The notes under the pieces were generated by a model, which saw only the letters and a list, made by a program, of their open reading frames with translations, had not been told where the DNA came from and searched no databases. Shown one piece after another: positions 25,626-37,900 of a stretch of 64,000 nt of DNA. Numbering within the stretch: the first letter of the stretch is position 1; each line of letters starts with the position of its first letter. The stretch is from an uncultured Bacteroidota bacterium (GTDB taxonomy: Bacteria; Bacteroidota; Bacteroidia; Bacteroidales; SZUA-534): NCBI GenBank assembly GCA_946186925.1, contig CAMHPA010000010.1:2595-66594 (forward strand), written 5' to 3'. Both the position numbers and the translations under genes were made by a program.

Positions 25626-27887
25626 CTATTTAACGACGTGGATTTTGCCAACATTGCGCGTCACGCCGTCGGTTGTGGTGCACTGAATCAGGTAGATGCC
25701 CGTCTCGACACGGCGTCCGTCGCGGTTGCAAAGGTTCCAGAGCGCGCCGCCGCCGTTGCTCATCGTCTCGTGAACCAGATTTCCGCGCAAGTCGGTGATT
25801 CTGACCACTGTTTCATCGGCCAGACCGTGAATGGTAACATCGCTGAAATAATCGGCCGGCACGGGATTGGGCGCGGCGTAAACACTGCTCATTCCGGCAT
25901 CGGGCTTGGTCGATGAGATGACTGCCGACTGCAAACCGCGGTCGGTTACAATATAAATAATGCCGCGGTCGTCGTCGATGGCGAGCGAGAGCACGTTGTT
26001 CGAGAACAGCGGCGAATTGTCTTTGTTGTAAACGGCGTACTGCTCGGTGCCGTCGGGCGAGATGACAAAAATGCCGCCGCTCTCGGTGCCGAACCATTTG
26101 CGGTTGCCGCCGTCGATGGCTATGGATGTCACCACTTCGGTGATGAGCAGCGACTGATAGTAGCCTTCTTCAATCATCTGCGGCCGGCGTCCGTAATAGC
26201 TTTTCCCTTGCAGAATGTATTCGGGGTGGTCGTAAACGTAAACGCCTTCGTCCGAAGCAATCCAGACGGCGCCGTTGTGGTCCTGGGCAATGTCATTGAT
26301 GCTCGAGTTGAGCTCCTGCCCGCGTTCATCGCTTGGCGTGAAACACTCGTAATTGTCATCGGCCGACGACTCGGGTGTTCCATTGGCGTTCCAGACAAGA
26401 ATTTTGCCGCCGTATGGCTGCACAAGCCAAAGGTCGTCGTTGCGGGTGCAGATGAGTTTGCCAGTATGCTGGCCGGCCATATTGTTACCATACCGGTGCT
26501 GGAACCATTCGCCTGTTGATGTGCGGACCGAAATCGGTTTTTGAGTGAAAGCGCGCGCCATCCAAAGATTACCACTATTGTCGAATGAGCAACTGCTCAC
26601 AGCATCGTTGAATTTGCCGCTTATATCAGGTGTTTCAATGTGCTCCCACGTATCGTTGTTGTATTCCAGAATACCCTGCCGCCAGACAACGGCGATATAA
26701 TGGTTGGGGTTGTTATGAGTCGCGAAACCAATGATATCTTTGCATTGGGCGACGTCGGTATGGCGGCCTTTGTTTATGTCGGACCAACTGATTCCGTCAT
26801 ATGTGAAAACATTGGCCGGACGGTACATTTTTGCGCTAGGGAGGTTGATGCCTCCCGGTGCCACCAAAATGTTGCCAGCATTGTAGCACACCCTGTAAAA
26901 ATTGTTGTTCGGCGGACCTTGTGGGCAAATACTCATGTAATCGCCATATAGATATCGGCCTAGTCCGCTGAAAGAGTGCGAAATCCATATGACATCACCA
27001 TCGGCGAAGGCCATTGTGGCATTGGGTGTCCAGCAGCGTCCTAGTTCGGCAATGCTATCGTCATATATGGCCGACCATTCGGCTGTGCACATCGCCATCC
27101 GGTCGCCGCGGCTTGTCAGCGTTCTGATTGCTGGTAAAGAGTCTGCTACCATTGTCCAGCTTTGACCATCGAAAGCCGCCAGCCGGCCGATTGTGTCATC
27201 AATGTTCATTCCGACGTATAACTTGCCGCTGAAGACGCATCCCGACACAGCATTGGGCCGATAGCCGTCGATGCTCAAATATTCCCAGTTCTTCATATCG
27301 GTCAGGAATGGATTGTCGAGCCGGCCGCGCATCAGCCCGTCGTCGGAAAAAGCGTAAAGGTAGCCGCCGAACACCGCCGAACAGTTGATTCTTATCTGGC
27401 GTCCGTCGGCACCTAATATATATGTGTCAACAAATTCGCGGCGTTTTATGTCGATGGTTGTCAGTCCGAAGTCGCACGATAGGTAAGCCCGTGAGCCATC
27501 GAAACTGATGTGGTTCACGTTTTTGGACATCGATATGTTTTTATCCTTCAACCCCGGCATATTGTAAACGCGGCCGTTGTCGTCCATAAGGTCGATGTTG
27601 CCGTTTGAGTATCCAATCACAAGGCGGCGGACCTCGTCGTTGTAGGCGATACTGCCCACGCCCATATCCGACAATCCCTCGATGGTGGTCAGGTGACGGA
27701 CTCGGCCGTCAATCTTGTTGTAGCTGAACAGACTTGTGCTTGTTGCGCAGAAAACCTCGTCGGCCGATACGGCCACGGCCTTGCAGTTGTTGTAGCTCAA
27801 GTGGTCGCGCCACGATTCGCCGACAATCTGCGCCCGCGCCGTCAGCGCCATCAGCAAAGCAATTGTCGCAATTAAAAATCTTGCCAT
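25626..27887 (-). CDS. double beta-propeller protein with T9SS type A CTD (PorZ-like)
   Basis: It has a signal peptide and repeated Reg_prop-like blades ([52 protein letters not shown]). The C-terminal [24 protein letters not shown] is CTD-like. The size matches P. gingivalis PorZ-type proteins. Confidence 0.55.
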   Translation of the reverse strand: MARFLIATIALLMALTARAQIVGESWRDHLSYNNCKAVAVSADEVFCATSTSLFSYNKIDGRVRHLTTIEGLSDMGVGSIAYNDEVRRLVIGYSNGNIDLMDDNGRVYNMPGLKDKNISMSKNVNHISFDGSRAYLSCDFGLTTIDIKRREFVDTYILGADGRQIRINCSAVFGGYLYAFSDDGLMRGRLDNPFLTDMKNWEYLSIDGYRPNAVSGCVFSGKLYVGMNIDDTIGRLAAFDGQSWTMVADSLPAIRTLTSRGDRMAMCTAEWSAIYDDSIAELGRCWTPNATMAFADGDVIWISHSFSGLGRYLYGDYMSICPQGPPNNNFYRVCYNAGNILVAPGGINLPSAKMYRPANVFTYDGISWSDINKGRHTDVAQCKDIIGFATHNNPNHYIAVVWRQGILEYNNDTWEHIETPDISGKFNDAVSSCSFDNSGNLWMARAFTQKPISVRTSTGEWFQHRYGNNMAGQHTGKLICTRNDDLWLVQPYGGKILVWNANGTPESSADDNYECFTPSDERGQELNSSINDIAQDHNGAVWIASDEGVYVYDHPEYILQGKSYYGRRPQMIEEGYYQSLLITEVVTSIAIDGGNRKWFGTESGGIFVISPDGTEQYAVYNKDNSPLFSNNVLSLAIDDDRGIIYIVTDRGLQSAVISSTKPDAGMSSVYAAPNPVPADYFSDVTIHGLADETVVRITDLRGNLVHETMSNGGGALWNLCNRDGRRVETGIYLIQCTTTDGVTRNVGKIHVVK

Positions 27888-28014
27888 ATCGGTTTATATT
27901 TATCGCAAAGATAGTGGTGTTCGGCAAAAAACACCTGGACTGTGCCGACAAGTGCATTTTTTATGCCGCGTTTTTTGTCGTTTCTATTTCAATAACGACA
28001 TTTACACCCGGTTT

Positions 28015-28278
28015 ATGATACGACGATTTTTTACCATATTGCTGATTGTGCCGGTGCGCCTCTACCAGCTGTTCGTTTCGCCGCTGCTGCCCAATAGCTG
28101 CCGTTTCACGCCCACCTGCTCGGCCTACGCAATTGAGGCCTTGAAGGTGCACGGACCAATCATTGGGTTATGGTTAACTATCAGACGCATAATCAGATGC
28201 AATCCATGGGGAGGGCATGGCTACGATCCTGTTCCGCCGCGTCATTGGTATAAAAACAAAAGCTGCCGAACCCGCTGA
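28015..28278 (+). CDS. yidD: membrane protein insertion efficiency factor YidD
   Basis: The segment [59 protein letters not shown] matches YidD. The internal ATG at 28015 is preferred. Confidence 0.9.
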   Translation: MIRRFFTILLIVPVRLYQLFVSPLLPNSCRFTPTCSAYAIEALKVHGPIIGLWLTIRRIIRCNPWGGHGYDPVPPRHWYKNKSCRTR

Positions 28279-28340
28279 ATATTAACATGGCAGCGTTGAT
28301 AACAAACATTTTCAGACATCAGCAACGCATCTTTTCGGTT

Positions 28341-28348
28341 TAGATTTG
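28341..28348 (+). promoter_or_regulatory. Bacteroidetes -7 box TAgaTTTG
   Basis: Exact TAnnTTTG match, ending 19 nt upstream of the ATG at 28367. It overlaps the TTG start at 28346 proposed by the ORF track. Confidence 0.4.
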
Positions 28349-28366
28349 CATAAATCATATTTTGAT

Positions 28367-29266
28367 ATGCTGAATATTGGAATTGTGGGACTGAAAAACG
28401 CGGCGCCGTTCATTGAAGCGATTGGCGAGCTGCCCGAGTTCTGCTTCAAAGGCATTTATGATCCCAGTCTGCTTATTGATTGCTCACGGCCGACGAAATT
28501 CAATGTCTTCCAATCGTTTGGCGACTTGTGCTGCAGTTGCGACACGGTCATATTCAGCATCGACGATAATCTCTATCATCCGCTCGTATGTGAGGCTATC
28601 CGTCATTCGCTCGATGTTTTTGTGGCTGGTGTCCATAACTACCAGACCAAAGAGTTGAACAAACTGCTCACCCTCCGCGACGAGGCCTGTTGTACAGTTC
28701 ATATTGGTCATCCGCTCATCTGCACCCCGATGTTCAAGACGCTGCGTCAAATATGTAGCCATCCGCTTGATGTGCAGTGTGGTATTGTCCGCGGCGCAAA
28801 CACCAACCTTGTGTCACTTGCGCGGACGGAGCTGAGCTTGTTGCTGGCACTGGTACATGCAAGCGTGCACCGTGTGGCCGTCAACGTATATTCCAGTTTC
28901 AGCAGTGTGCCTGACACCATTCGCATCCGTATCGATTTCGATAACGGTGCTGCTGCCAACATCAGCGTCGACCGCTACGGGCTTGCCCCGGCGCATACCA
29001 TCAAGGCTGTCAACTACAACAGCATTGTTGAGGCCGACCTTGCTCTCAGCAAACTCATCACTATCAGAAGTGATGCACCCGACAAAACAGAGACACATAT
29101 TGTCCCGGATGGCAGCCTGTCAGCAACGGCCCTTCAGCTTGAAACCTTCCGAACATGCCTTTTGGGTGGCAACGAAATACACAACAGTCTTGAGAATGAG
29201 ATTCGTGCGCAGATAGCATGCCAGCGTATTCACGAGAAAATGCGCATCAACTTCAATGTTTTTTAG
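28367..29266 (+). CDS. Gfo/Idh/MocA-like protein with degenerate dinucleotide-binding motif
   Basis: MLNIGIVGLKNAAPFIEAI sits where GxGxxG/A is expected, and the overall length is typical of the family. This is a weak call. Confidence 0.45.
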   Translation: MLNIGIVGLKNAAPFIEAIGELPEFCFKGIYDPSLLIDCSRPTKFNVFQSFGDLCCSCDTVIFSIDDNLYHPLVCEAIRHSLDVFVAGVHNYQTKELNKLLTLRDEACCTVHIGHPLICTPMFKTLRQICSHPLDVQCGIVRGANTNLVSLARTELSLLLALVHASVHRVAVNVYSSFSSVPDTIRIRIDFDNGAAANISVDRYGLAPAHTIKAVNYNSIVEADLALSKLITIRSDAPDKTETHIVPDGSLSATALQLETFRTCLLGGNEIHNSLENEIRAQIACQRIHEKMRINFNVF

Positions 29267-29421
29267 CAATCCATCGGGTTGCAATGATAAGCCTCCACCG
29301 GTGGTGTTCCTGTAAAACTAAAGCACTGATGTAAAAATATCGGTGTTCAGCGGAATTTTGGATTATCCGTTGCAATATATAGCACAACTTTGGCGTTTGA
29401 AACGGATAAGCAACAGATGCA

Positions 29422-30846
29422 ATGAAAGAGAAGCGACCACGTCTGCAAGTTGTCAAATATATGTCGTCCGACTATTTGGCCGCGCTTTTCGCGTGGATAT
29501 TGTTTTTTATATTCCGCAAAAAACTGGTTATCAGCGACATCACAAACCTTGACATTCTCACATCGGGTGAGCCGACGCTGATTTTCGGCATCATTTTCAT
29601 CCCCATTTTCTGGATTCTGCTCTACTACATTGCCGGCGAGTACGACAACATCTATCACAAATCGCGATTGAAAGAGCTGGGCGGCACGGCGTTCATAAGC
29701 CTTTTGGGCGTGGTCATCATCTTTTTTGTGCTGATCCTCGACGACGACATTGTCACCTACCGCAACTATTACAAGTCGTTTCTCTATCTGTTGGGCGTTC
29801 ATTTCGGCCTCACCTACACTTTCAGGCTGCTGCACACCAACGCCACAGCCAAGCAGATTCAAAACCGCGAAATCGGCTTTGCCACACTCATCATCGGCAG
29901 CGGCGAGCAGGCGCTGAAACTCTACAACGACATCACCAGCAAGCCCAAATCGGCCGGTGAGCATTTTGTGGGCTACATCAAAATCAACGGCTCGCACAAC
30001 ACCGAGCTTGCCAGCCGCATACCCTGTATGGGCACCATCGACAACCTTATCGATGCCATAAACAGCAACAAGATTGAAGAGGTGATTATTGCCGTTGAGC
30101 CCGACGAGAAGCCGAAGCTGCAGGAGATTATCATCAAGGTGAAATCGACGCCAGTGGAAATCCGCGCCGTGCCCGACATTCTCGACATCATATCGGGTAA
30201 CGTGCGAATGTCGTCGATTTTCGGGGTGCCGCTCATCGAGCTCTCGCACGACACAATGCCGGCCTGGCAAGCAAACATCAAGCGCCTGATGGACGTAACC
30301 GTTTCTGCCATAGCCATTTGTCTGTTATCGCCGTTTTATCTGATTATCGGCTTGTGCGTCAAACTTTCGTCGAAAGGCCCGATTTTTTACCTTCAGGAGC
30401 GAATGGGACGATATGGCAAACCATTCAATATCATCAAGTTCCGCACAATGATTGTTGATGCCGAGAAATACGGGCCGGCTCTTTCAAGCGATGGCGACCC
30501 GCGCATCACCCGTTTAGGGCGTTTTATGCGCAAGGTTCGGCTCGACGAGCTGCCTCAGTTTGTCAACGTGCTGAAAGGCGATATGTCGCTTGTTGGCCCC
30601 CGTCCTGAGCGTGCCTTCTATATTGAGCAGATTGTGCAGAAGGCGCCGCACTATTTCACAGTATTCAAAGTCCGTCCGGGCATAACTTCTTGGGGACAAG
30701 TGAAATACGGCTATGCGGAAAATGTTGACGAGATGGTTGACCGTTTGAAATACGACATTATCTACCTTGAGAATATGTCTATTTACCTCGATATCAAAAT
30801 TTTGATTTACACCATTAAAACGGTGCTTGAGGGAAGCGGGAAATAG
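29422..30846 (+). CDS. polyprenyl-phosphate sugar phosphotransferase (WbaP/WcaJ-type initiating transferase)
   Basis: It has N-terminal TM helices, a central Rossmann-like region, and the C-terminal motifs FRTMIVDAE and DELPQFVNVLKGDMSLVGPRP. Confidence 0.9.
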   Translation: MKEKRPRLQVVKYMSSDYLAALFAWILFFIFRKKLVISDITNLDILTSGEPTLIFGIIFIPIFWILLYYIAGEYDNIYHKSRLKELGGTAFISLLGVVIIFFVLILDDDIVTYRNYYKSFLYLLGVHFGLTYTFRLLHTNATAKQIQNREIGFATLIIGSGEQALKLYNDITSKPKSAGEHFVGYIKINGSHNTELASRIPCMGTIDNLIDAINSNKIEEVIIAVEPDEKPKLQEIIIKVKSTPVEIRAVPDILDIISGNVRMSSIFGVPLIELSHDTMPAWQANIKRLMDVTVSAIAICLLSPFYLIIGLCVKLSSKGPIFYLQERMGRYGKPFNIIKFRTMIVDAEKYGPALSSDGDPRITRLGRFMRKVRLDELPQFVNVLKGDMSLVGPRPERAFYIEQIVQKAPHYFTVFKVRPGITSWGQVKYGYAENVDEMVDRLKYDIIYLENMSIYLDIKILIYTIKTVLEGSGK

Positions 30847-30857
30847 GAACTCACCTA

Positions 30858-31379
30858 TTACTCAGTGCGCTTCTGGTATATTTTCACTTCGCGCTTGTTT
30901 TGTTTGTTGATGGAGATGAAGAATTTTTTGTCATTCGTGTAAAGCGATTTCACGTCCATTCTCATCTCGATGTGCGGACACCCTCGTGGGGTGATGTCGC
31001 AAGGAATAATGTCTTGCGAGCCTTGTTTGATGTCGAGCCGGTGGTATTGAGTGGAGACGCGCGAAATTTTCACGTAAAACTGCTGGTTTGTCGTATCAAC
31101 GTATGCGCTCGAGAAATCAACCCAATCTTTCAAACGGAAAATCGCCACCTGCTTCCAGTCCTCGGTTGAGTAAGCAACAATGAATGTGGGCTTGTTACCA
31201 TAGTTGACAATGATATGTTTGCCATCGGGTGAGAGAAAAAGCTCGTTGGCCAAAACCTTGCGTTGCATATCAGGTTTGAGAGTCGCAAGATATTGATAGT
31301 CGCTACCTTGCGCCATGGTATTAATATAAAGCGATGCCGAAAAAAAAGCCGTCAAAAGGCATATTTTGATAAAATTCAT
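30858..31379 (-). CDS. hypothetical secreted protein
   Basis: It has a signal-peptide-like start, MNFIKICLLTAFFSASLYINTMAQG. I recognise no family signature. Confidence 0.5.
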   Translation of the reverse strand: MNFIKICLLTAFFSASLYINTMAQGSDYQYLATLKPDMQRKVLANELFLSPDGKHIIVNYGNKPTFIVAYSTEDWKQVAIFRLKDWVDFSSAYVDTTNQQFYVKISRVSTQYHRLDIKQGSQDIIPCDITPRGCPHIEMRMDVKSLYTNDKKFFISINKQNKREVKIYQKRTE

Positions 31380-31658
31380 AGCATATTTTGTTCGAGAACG
31401 ATGCAAATATAGGAAAATTGCAATAAGATGGTGCAGCTATGAAAAACAATCAGAGATTGTCTTTGGGACCTAAGGTAGAGCGACAAAAAACGAATGTTTA
31501 AAAGCTAAAAACAATCATCAATAGTCTTTTAGGCGTTACACTGATTTACAAATTAAAAATCAGCAACCGACACTCAAAAATGTTATATTCGCACGCCGAA
31601 CCAAAAAGGTTCAGTTTTTGTTATTTGTGCGAAACACTAACATTTAAATTTTAATAAA

Positions 31659-32930
31659 ATGGTTAAAATCAACGATTTCAACTTCAAAGGGAAGAAAGCA
31701 ATCGTCCGCGTGGATTTCAACGTTCCATTGGACGAGAACGGAAAAATCACCGACGACACCCGCATCCGCGGTGCTCTGCCGACACTTAAGAAAATTCTGG
31801 CCGACGGCGGTTCTCTCATCATTATGTCGCATATGGGCAAGCCGAAAGGCAAAGTATCCGCCAAACTCTCGCTTGGCCAAATCACCGACGCTGTTGCAGC
31901 CGCTCTGGGCACTGCAGTTAAGTTCGCACCCGACTGCGCAAAGGCAGCCGACGCAGCCGCAGCCCTGAAACCGGGCGACGTTCTGTTGCTCGAGAACCTG
32001 CGCTTCTATCCTGAGGAGGAAGGCAAACCTGTAGGCATCGAGAAAGATGATCCGAACTACGACGCCGCCAAGAAAGAGATGAAGGCAAAACAGAAAGAGT
32101 TCGCAAAAACTCTGGCTTCATACGCCGACGTTTACGTTATGGATGCCTTCGGAACAGCTCACCGCTCACACGCTTCTACCGCTGTGATTGCCGACTACTT
32201 CGACGCCAACAGCAAGATGCTTGGTCTGCTGATGGAGAAAGAGGTTCAGGCTGTCGATAACATTCTGAGCAACATCAAACGTCCGTTCACCGCAATTATG
32301 GGCGGTAGCAAGGTATCGACCAAAATCGGCATCATCGAGAACCTGATGGATAAGGTTGACAACCTGATTCTTTGCGGTGGTATGACCTACACCTTCGCCA
32401 AAGCACAAGGCGGCAACGTGGGTAACTCAATCTGCGAGGAAGACAAACTCGACCTTGCTCTCGACGTAATGAAGAAAGCAAAGGAAAAAGGTGTAAATCT
32501 GGTACTTGGCACTGACTCGGTTGTTACCAACGCATTCGATTTCGACACAATGTCGCTGAAACCGGGCGCACAAGTCAAAGTTTGCCCGTCGAACGCCATT
32601 GAGAACGGTTTCGAAGGTTTGGACGCTGGTCCGGAGAGCCAGAAGAAATTCGCTGCAGCCATCAAGGGCGCAAAGACCATTCTGTGGAACGGTCCTGCAG
32701 GCGTGTTTGAGTGCGACGATTTCACTGCCGGCTCAAAAGCCATTGCCAACGCCATTGCTGACGCAACCAAAGAAGGCGCTTTCTCGCTCATCGGCGGTGG
32801 CGACTCGGTTGCCTGCATCAACAAGTTCGGCTTGGCCGACAAAGTTTCTTACATCTCAACTGGCGGCGGCGCACTGCTCGAAGCCATTGAAGGGAAAGTT
32901 CTTCCGGGTGTAAAGGCAATTCTTGGATAA
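31659..32930 (+). CDS. pgk: phosphoglycerate kinase
   Basis: [20 protein letters not shown], and GGGDSVA...STGGGALLE are all present. Confidence 0.95.
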   Translation: MVKINDFNFKGKKAIVRVDFNVPLDENGKITDDTRIRGALPTLKKILADGGSLIIMSHMGKPKGKVSAKLSLGQITDAVAAALGTAVKFAPDCAKAADAAAALKPGDVLLLENLRFYPEEEGKPVGIEKDDPNYDAAKKEMKAKQKEFAKTLASYADVYVMDAFGTAHRSHASTAVIADYFDANSKMLGLLMEKEVQAVDNILSNIKRPFTAIMGGSKVSTKIGIIENLMDKVDNLILCGGMTYTFAKAQGGNVGNSICEEDKLDLALDVMKKAKEKGVNLVLGTDSVVTNAFDFDTMSLKPGAQVKVCPSNAIENGFEGLDAGPESQKKFAAAIKGAKTILWNGPAGVFECDDFTAGSKAIANAIADATKEGAFSLIGGGDSVACINKFGLADKVSYISTGGGALLEAIEGKVLPGVKAILG

Positions 32931-32951
32931 TAATTCTGAAACAGAATAGAG

Positions 32952-32986
32952 AAAACCGCCATACAGCAATGTGTGGCGGTTTTTTC
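32952..32986 (+). terminator. rho-independent terminator of pgk
   Basis: The stem accgcca / tggcggt is followed by TTTTT. Confidence 0.75.
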
Positions 32987-33010
32987 ATATTGCCGCTTTC
33001 AACTAATAAC

Positions 33011-33018
33011 TATCTTTG
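33011..33018 (+). promoter_or_regulatory. Bacteroidetes -7 box TAtcTTTG
   Basis: Exact TAnnTTTG match, ending 21 nt upstream of the in-frame GTG at 33039. Confidence 0.4.
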
Positions 33019-33038
33019 CCACGCAAATAAAATCAGAA

Positions 33039-33659
33039 GTGATTCGAGTAATAAACCATCCGCCAGAGTTTGTCCGTCGTTTCTTTCCGCGATTCCAATG
33101 GAAGGTGGAAGGCGCTCAAAAAACGTTGTATCTGACCTTCGACGATGGCCCCACGCCCGACATCACCGAGTGGGTGCTCGACAATCTGGCCGAATACAAC
33201 GCCAAAGCCACGTTCTTCTGCCTTGGCCGCAATGTTGACCATTATCCCGATATATATCAGCGCATTATTGCCGAAGGCCACGCTGTGGGCAATCACACCT
33301 ACAGCCACCTCAACGGCTGGAAGGTGAGCGCAAAAGAGTACATCGACGATGTGGAGCTGGCATCGCAATATGTTGACTCGCATTTGATGCGCCCGCCGTA
33401 TGGCCGGTTCACAAAAAAACAGATTGAGCCACTTCGCCAGCAGGGCTACCGAATGATTTTGTGGGACGTGATGCCTGAGGACTACAACCGCCGCGTGAAG
33501 CCGCACGAATGCTACAATTGCGTTTTGCGGTACGCCACCGAGGGCTCAATCATCACCTTCCACGACTCGATGAAGGCGCGGATGAATCTCCACTTTGCTC
33601 TGCCTCGCGTGCTAAAACATTTCACAGAATTGGGATTTGAGTTTGCACGTTTGGAATGA
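33039..33659 (+). CDS. polysaccharide deacetylase (CE4) family protein
   Basis: LYLTFDDGPTP, ATFFCLG, and GHAVGNHTYSH are present. The track start at 32973 lies inside the pgk terminator, so the GTG at 33039 downstream of a -7 box is preferred. Confidence 0.8.
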   Translation: MIRVINHPPEFVRRFFPRFQWKVEGAQKTLYLTFDDGPTPDITEWVLDNLAEYNAKATFFCLGRNVDHYPDIYQRIIAEGHAVGNHTYSHLNGWKVSAKEYIDDVELASQYVDSHLMRPPYGRFTKKQIEPLRQQGYRMILWDVMPEDYNRRVKPHECYNCVLRYATEGSIITFHDSMKARMNLHFALPRVLKHFTELGFEFARLE

Positions 33660-33679
33660 TTTTATACTTTTGCACCGCC

Positions 33680-33758
<79 letters not shown>

Positions 33759-33766
33759 CAATGTCC

Positions 33767-33798
33767 AAACTCGCTTACTTACGTGGGCGAGTTTTTTT
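33767..33798 (+). terminator. rho-independent terminator after tRNA-Ala
   Basis: The stem aaactcgc / gcgagttt is followed by a T tract. Confidence 0.7.
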
Positions 33799-33857
33799 AT
33801 TTATGCAAAATGAACGTAGTCAGCAATATCCGAATCAAAAAAAATATTGCTATGTTT

Positions 33858-34877
33858 ATGGCTGATAAGAATAAAAATATGGACATGGACAAAACAATGC
33901 GCGTCGGTGTTGTCGGCGCGGGATGGATTGCCGAAAAGGCCGCCATCACACTTAACGGACTACGTGAGTGCGAGTGCAACGCCATTGCATCGCGCTCGTT
34001 GGCGAAGGCCGAGGAATTTGCCAGTCAATGGAATGTGCCGAAAGCTTACGGCTCGTATGCCGAACTGATTGCCGACCCAGAAATCGATCTTGTGTATGTG
34101 GCTACGCCGCACTCGCACCACTACGATGTGACGCGCCAGGCCATATTGGCCGGCAAGCCTTGTCTTGTTGAGAAGGCGTTTATGGCCAATCACGCGCAGG
34201 CGGAGGCTATTGTCAAACTGGCGCACGAGCGCAAGGTGTTTCTGGCCGAAGCCATCTGGACGCGCTACCAGCCGGCCGTGGGCATTGTTCGCGGATTGAT
34301 TGACAGCGGACGCATCGGCACACCAAGGCTCGTTACCGCCACATTAGGCTATTCAATGGGCGACAAACCTCGCATTATGCGCCCCGACCTCTGCGGTGGC
34401 GCTCTGCTCGATTTGGGCGTTTATGCGCTCAACTTTGTGCGCATGTTTTTCGATGCCGACATTAAATCAATTGAGAGCCAGTGCGTGAAAAGCGCCACCG
34501 GAATGGACCTGACCAACGCCATCAGCCTTGTGCTGGCCGACGGTGTGCTGTGCAATCTGCAGTCGAGTGCCGCTTGCGTGGGCGACAACATTGGCGTGAT
34601 TGCCGGAACCGATGGCAATCTGATTATCGACAACATCAACAATCCGCAGAAAATCACTGTCAACACTCACGACCGCGTGTTTGTTGAGGACATTCACGTG
34701 CCGAAGCAGATTACTGGCTACGAGTATCAGTTCCAGGTCTGCCGTCAGGCTCTTGCCGAAGGTCTTTTGGAACCTCGCGAGATGCCGCACGCCGAAACTC
34801 TATACATTATGCAGCTGATGGATGGTCTTCGTCAAAAATGGGGCGTGCACTATCCGATGGATGATGAAAAATGGTGA
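33858..34877 (+). CDS. Gfo/Idh/MocA family oxidoreductase
   Basis: MRVGVVGAGWIAEKAA (Rossmann motif) and CLVEKAF are present. The track ORF start at 33714 overlaps the tRNA and is rejected. The true start is ambiguous among 33810, 33858, 33879 and 33897. Confidence 0.8.
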   Translation: MADKNKNMDMDKTMRVGVVGAGWIAEKAAITLNGLRECECNAIASRSLAKAEEFASQWNVPKAYGSYAELIADPEIDLVYVATPHSHHYDVTRQAILAGKPCLVEKAFMANHAQAEAIVKLAHERKVFLAEAIWTRYQPAVGIVRGLIDSGRIGTPRLVTATLGYSMGDKPRIMRPDLCGGALLDLGVYALNFVRMFFDADIKSIESQCVKSATGMDLTNAISLVLADGVLCNLQSSAACVGDNIGVIAGTDGNLIIDNINNPQKITVNTHDRVFVEDIHVPKQITGYEYQFQVCRQALAEGLLEPREMPHAETLYIMQLMDGLRQKWGVHYPMDDEKW

Positions 34878-34926
34878 TATTCAATGATATAAACTACGGA
34901 ATACAAACTTTTTAAATTGTTTAATC

Positions 34927-37900
34927 ATGAGAAAATTTGTCACAATTGCGTTAATGGCTATGCTTGCAGGGCAGGCGTGGGCACAAACAAGTTTTACGGT
35001 TAATAAACTGAAATACACGGTTATTGATGAGGAAAACCATTATGTCTCGGTAAACAAAAGTGATTATTTTCCACCTAACAACCTTGTAATTCCCGAGACT
35101 GTTGTAAAAGAAGGAGTTACATACACGATTAAAAGTATTGTGGAAAATGCTTTTAAAGATTATTCTTTCATAGAGAGTGTTTCTCTACCCAATACTATTG
35201 AAAGTATTGGACAAGGGGCATTTAGCGGTTTGGCTGCTATAAAATCTATTGATATTCCCACTTCAGTTTCAAGTATAGGAGCAAATGCCTTTAGTGGTGT
35301 GACACACTTATTTTATTCAGGAACAGCAACAGGCAGTCCTTGGGGAGCAAAGCATATAAATGGGGTGCTTGATGAGAATGGGGTGATTTATTCTGATGAT
35401 TCCAAGAATGTTATTATCTCATACATTGGTAATAATGGTAGTGTTACGATTTCTGGGAATGTTAAACTTATTGATAGAGATGCATTTGCTAACTGTAGCA
35501 AACTTAAGGAAGTTATTATATCAACAACGTACAATGATGAAAGTCAGTATCCGCAAACTCCCAAAATTGGAGATTACGCGTTCAGCAATTGCCAAAATCT
35601 GGAAAGAATAAATCTAGGTGACAATATTTTAACTATTGGAAACTATGCTTTTTCGGGTTGTAAAAAACTCACATCAATAGACATTCCTCAATCAGCCATA
35701 TACATTCTTTCAGGTGTATTCATGGGCTGCAGTAGTCTGACAGCGATAAATGTGGCTGCCACAAATGAAAGATACAGTTATCCGCAGAACAAGGAAGGAA
35801 AAACATATACCATTCCGAATTCTGTAACAAAATTGGAAAACAAATCGTTTTATTGTACCAATAATCTTGATACTGTAATAATTACGGGTGGTGTACAAAC
35901 GATTGAAGGTGCAACATTTCAAGATGCCAGGAGCATAAAATCGGTAGTATTGTTTAATTCAATCACCAAAATTTCGAGTATGACGTTTTATGGCTGTAAT
36001 AGTTTGGAATCGATAGCCATTCCATCTTCAGTCAAAACGATAGAAGACCGTGCGTTCTATAATTGTACCAAGTTGAAACCGATATACATTCCCACAACAG
36101 TGACAAGCATCGGCAACAATGCTTTTATGAATGTGCAACTTATAATCTATAATGGTACGGCCACGGGTAGTCGGTGGGGCGCAAAAGCGATAATTAAAGG
36201 CGAGGCTGACGATGATGGTTTTGTTTATGCAGATGAGGAATATAAACAGCTTGTTGGGTATATAGGAGATGAAACGATGATTGAGATTCCTGCTACTGTT
36301 ACAACCATAGGTGACAAGACGTTCAGTTATTGCAGCGGTCTGAGAAGTATTAAAATTCCTAACACTGTCACAAGCATTAGCAACACAGCATTTCAGGGAT
36401 GTAACCAATTGGATACATTAGAGATATATGTGAATTCGATTGGCACGGAATTCAGTAATATTACATCGCTTAAATCCGTATATATCGGCGCCACAGTCAC
36501 AAACATCGCCACCGATGCGTTCAGCAATTGCACAAACCTTGAAGAAGTGAAATTCGATGCCAATACTATCGGTACAGAGTTCAGTCAGAAAACTTCACTT
36601 GAGAATGTGATTATTGGTAATACGGTGGAAACTATTGAAAGTGGGGCTTTTGCTGGATGTACCAATTTGAAAACTGTAGAAATACCAAGTACGGTTACAA
36701 CCATTGGAGATGATGCATTCATGAGTGTTAAGAATATTGTCAATAACAGCCAAGCCACTGGCAGTCCATGGGGGGCATTGAATGTTGGTGGAGTGGAAGA
36801 TGATAGCGGTTTTATATTTTCAGATTCGCAGAAGACCAATCTTGTTGGATATGTTGGTGCTGGCGGCGATATTACCATTCCAAACACAGTTGTAAGCATA
36901 GCTGAGAAAGCGTTTGTCAATTGTGGAAATCTGACATCGGTAACCATTTCAAGCACTGTAGCATCCATTGCTTTGGATGTGTTCAGTGGCTGCGGCAACC
37001 TGACAACGATAGACGTGGCAAGCGATAATACAAATTACTCGGCAGCCAATGGCATATTGTTCAATAAGGATAAAACAACGATTATTCGTTGCCTTGAGGC
37101 AAAATCAGGTACATACACAGTTCCAAACACAGTGACTCGCATATCTGATTCGGCATTCTATAATTGCAAGAAAATCACATCTATAACCCTCGCTGATAAT
37201 TTGGTTGGCATTGGTAGAGGAGCTTTTGCAGGCTGCGCCCAGCTGAAATTCAACAATCAATCAAACGCTTCGTATCTTGGGAAAACGGGTAATAATTATT
37301 TTGCTCTGATTGCGGCAATTTCAGCCGACATTACAGAATGCACTATAAACAGTAATTGTAAAGTTATCGCCGAAGATGCATTCCAAAATTGCAGCAGTCT
37401 GTCGGAAATTACAATTCCTACGTCAGTTACAAGCATCAACAAAAACGCTTTCAAGGGTTGTAGCAGTTTGACAATCAAATGTAAAGCCGTTTCGCAGCCT
37501 ACAGGTTGGGACAATCAATGGAATCCCGACAACCGTCCTGTTGAATGGACTAAGCAATGGACAGTGACCGTGGCAGCCAACAATAGCGCGTACGGCAATG
37601 TTTCGGGTGGAGAGGTGGTTATCGACGGCTCAACAGCAACCATAACAGCCACCCCAAATACGGGTTACAAGTTTGTGAAATGGAGCAATGGTTCGACAAA
37701 CGCCACCGAGACCATAACCGTTACATCAGATTTGAGTCTTACGGCTGAATTTGCAATAAAAACGTACACGGTGACAGTGGCGGCAAACAACAGCTCGTAT
37801 GGAACAGTTGAGGGAGGCGGAAGCATATCCCACGGCTCAACAGCAACCATAACAGCCACACCAAATACGGGTTACAAGTTTGTGAAATGGAGCAATGGAC

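Noticed and set aside
31407-31658. Possible regulatory or sRNA features upstream of pgk: the palindrome ACAATCagaGATTGT at about 31449, the repeat aaaaacaatca at 31441 and 31508, and the weak hairpin gaacc-aaaaa-ggttc with a T-run at about 31597-31620.
   Set aside because: The stems are only 5-6 bp and the repeats are short. This is insufficient to call a feature.
32973-33038. Upstream GTG start for the CE4 deacetylase.
   Set aside because: This start codon lies inside the pgk terminator stem. A TAnnTTTG box at 33011 and an in-frame GTG at 33039 give a more plausible gene model.
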